From assembly GCA_965208575.1 (NCBI GenBank), contig CBDBOV010000006.1:1344001-1408000 (forward strand): a stretch of DNA of 64,000 nucleotides, given 5' to 3'. A program made the position numbers and the translations under genes. Position 1 is the stretch's first letter. Every line of letters begins with the position of its first letter. Under the pieces are notes generated by a model, which saw only the letters and a list, made by a program, of their open reading frames with translations, had not been told where the DNA came from and ran no database searches. This DNA is from Spirochaetia bacterium. Its GTDB lineage: Bacteria; Spirochaetota; Spirochaetia; SZUA-6; Bin103. This document shows, one piece after another, positions 62,326-64,000 of this stretch.

Positions 62326-63596
62326 GCTGGAACGATCCGGTGGCCGGAGCGGCCAACGCGGCCGGAGCGGCCAACGCAGACAGCGCGGCTGAAATCAGCA
62401 CCCGCAAGGAGCACCATCTCGACATCTGCCTCGACGACGAGCGCTATCCCGACCCGGCGGCCGGCGGCACCAGCCTCGATCAGGTGCGGCTGGTGCACCG
62501 CGCGCTGCCGGAGCTGGACTACGGCGCCATCGACACCTCCCAGCCGTTCCTGCGTGCGCGGCTGCGGCTGCCGTTGTTGATCTCCTGCATGACCGGCGGC
62601 TCGGGGCGCGGGCGCAGCGCCAACCGCTCCCTGGCCGAGGCGGCGCAGCGCGCCGGCGTCGCCGTGGGGGTGGGGTCGATCCGCCCGTTGCTGCGCGACC
62701 CGGACACCTTCGCCGACTTCCACGTCAAGCCGCACGCGCCCGACGTGCCGGTGCTGGCCAACCTGGGTGCCGTACAGCTCCGCGACCTCGGCGCCGCCGC
62801 GCTGCGCCCGCTGCTGGAGCGCCTGGAGGTGCAGGCGCTGGTGATCCACCTGAACGCCGGGCAGGAGCTGTTTCAGCCGGGCGGCGACCGCGACTTCCGC
62901 GGCCTGCTGGAGGCGATCGCCGGCGCCGTGACGGGCTGCGGGGCGCCGGTGCTGGTCAAGGAGACCGGGTTCGGCATCGGCCCGGCGGAGATCCGCCTGT
63001 TGCTGGGTTACGGGGTGCGCTACGTGGACGTGGCCGGCTCGGGAGGTACCAACTGGATCGCGGTGGAGGGGGAACGGCTGGCCGCGCCGGAGCGGCACAG
63101 CGCGCGGGCGTTCGCCGACTGGGGGCTGCCGACGGGCGTCCTGCTGGCCGCCCTCGGCGCCGACGAGGCGGGCCGCGTGATCGCCTCCGGCGGCCTGCGC
63201 CACGGCGTGCACCTGGCCAAGGCGGTGGCGCTCGGCGCCGGCCTCGGCGCCATGGCGCTGCCGTTCATCCGCGCCGTCATGGCCGGCGGCAGCGAGGGCG
63301 CACTGGCCCTGATCGGGCGCATCGAACACGAGCTGCGCACCGCCATGACGCTGTGCGGCGCCCCGACGCTGGCCGCCCTGCGCCGCGCGCCGGTGATGCA
63401 GTCGGCATACTTTCGCCACCAGGTGGCCGAACTGCGTCGAGCCGCCTTGTCGGCGCCCGTCCCGGCGGTGGCGTCCACGCCGCGATCCGTACCCGGCCCG
63501 GAAGCGGCGCTCGGTACCGGTGGAATGTCCCGACCCGACGCGTCAGGGACGTCGAACGAGCCACCGCCGCCGGCGAGGACGATTGCCGGTGGCTGA
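62322..63596 (+). CDS. fni: Type 2 isopentenyl-diphosphate delta-isomerase
   Basis: 'RKEHHL', 'MTGG', 'ANLG', 'HLNAGQE', 'KETGFG', 'GGTNW'; GTG start overlaps the upstream stop. Confidence 0.9.
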   Translation: MSWNDPVAGAANAAGAANADSAAEISTRKEHHLDICLDDERYPDPAAGGTSLDQVRLVHRALPELDYGAIDTSQPFLRARLRLPLLISCMTGGSGRGRSANRSLAEAAQRAGVAVGVGSIRPLLRDPDTFADFHVKPHAPDVPVLANLGAVQLRDLGAAALRPLLERLEVQALVIHLNAGQELFQPGGDRDFRGLLEAIAGAVTGCGAPVLVKETGFGIGPAEIRLLLGYGVRYVDVAGSGGTNWIAVEGERLAAPERHSARAFADWGLPTGVLLAALGADEAGRVIASGGLRHGVHLAKAVALGAGLGAMALPFIRAVMAGGSEGALALIGRIEHELRTAMTLCGAPTLAALRRAPVMQSAYFRHQVAELRRAALSAPVPAVASTPRSVPGPEAALGTGGMSRPDASGTSNEPPPPARTIAGG

Positions 63597-63739
63597 GCCG
63601 GTGCTTTGCCGCCGCCCCGCGCCGGCGCCGCGGGAGGCGTCCGCTTCGGCGGCGGAGCCGGCGAGCGGAAGCGTGTCCACTCCGGACGCTCCGGCGGCGC
63701 CGCGAGGCGGGGACGGGCCGTGCGCGGCCGGGGGCGTAC

Positions 63740-64000
63740 ATGGCTGAGTTGGCGCTTCGTTACGGGGCCAATCCGCACCAGGCGGGCGCCCGGGTCGCGG
63801 CGGCCGGCGAGTTGCCGTTTACCGTGCTCGGGGGCGCGCCCGGCTACATCAACTTGCTCGATGCCCTGAACTCGTGGCAACTGGTGCGCGAGGCGCGCGC
63901 CGCCACCGGGGTGCCGGCGGCAACCTCGTTCAAGCACGTCAGCCCGGCGGGGGCCGCGCTCGGGCTGCCGCTGACCGACGCCGAGCGGCGGGTGTTCGCG
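63740..64000 (+). CDS. AICAR transformylase (PurH-like), partial
   Basis: 'LRYGANPHQ', '[15 protein letters not shown]', '[11 protein letters not shown]'; runs off the window. Confidence 0.85.
   Translation, partial: MAELALRYGANPHQAGARVAAAGELPFTVLGGAPGYINLLDALNSWQLVREARAATGVPAATSFKHVSPAGAALGLPLTDAERRVFA

Noticed and set aside
61149-63596. 815-aa ORF
   Set aside because: The N-terminal half overlaps HMG-CoA synthase in another frame; the real fni starts at about 62322.
1-64000. CRISPR array, integron attC array, tRNA or rRNA
   Set aside because: No regularly spaced repeats, integron integrase or RNA gene signatures seen by eye.

Overview
GC-rich bacterial window, probably from a Spirochaetota genome (solute-binding proteins with 'LWAAGAEEE'/'FASG' N-termini, plus mevalonate-pathway HMG-CoA synthase and type 2 IPP isomerase; this taxonomy is inference). 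It is a heavily rearranged accessory region. It holds five paralogous family-5 (peptide/nickel) ABC cassettes (solute-binding protein [SBP] with or without two permeases, never an ATPase), interleaved with about eight intact or broken toxin-antitoxin modules, a sugar ABC cluster and oxidoreductases. Mobile DNA includes two identical 3,795-bp transposons in inverted orientation, each with its own 5-bp target-site duplication (TSD); ISAs1; IS630; an IS1-like element carrying a methyltransferase-HNH passenger; a deleted group II intron; and an ORF-less ~910-nt group II intron-like RNA with a non-canonical domain V inside an ABC operon. Many genes survive only as joined 5'+3' ends, or as 40-200 bp fragments stitched into mosaics. 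All calls come from reading the sequence and the ORF track; no database searches were run.
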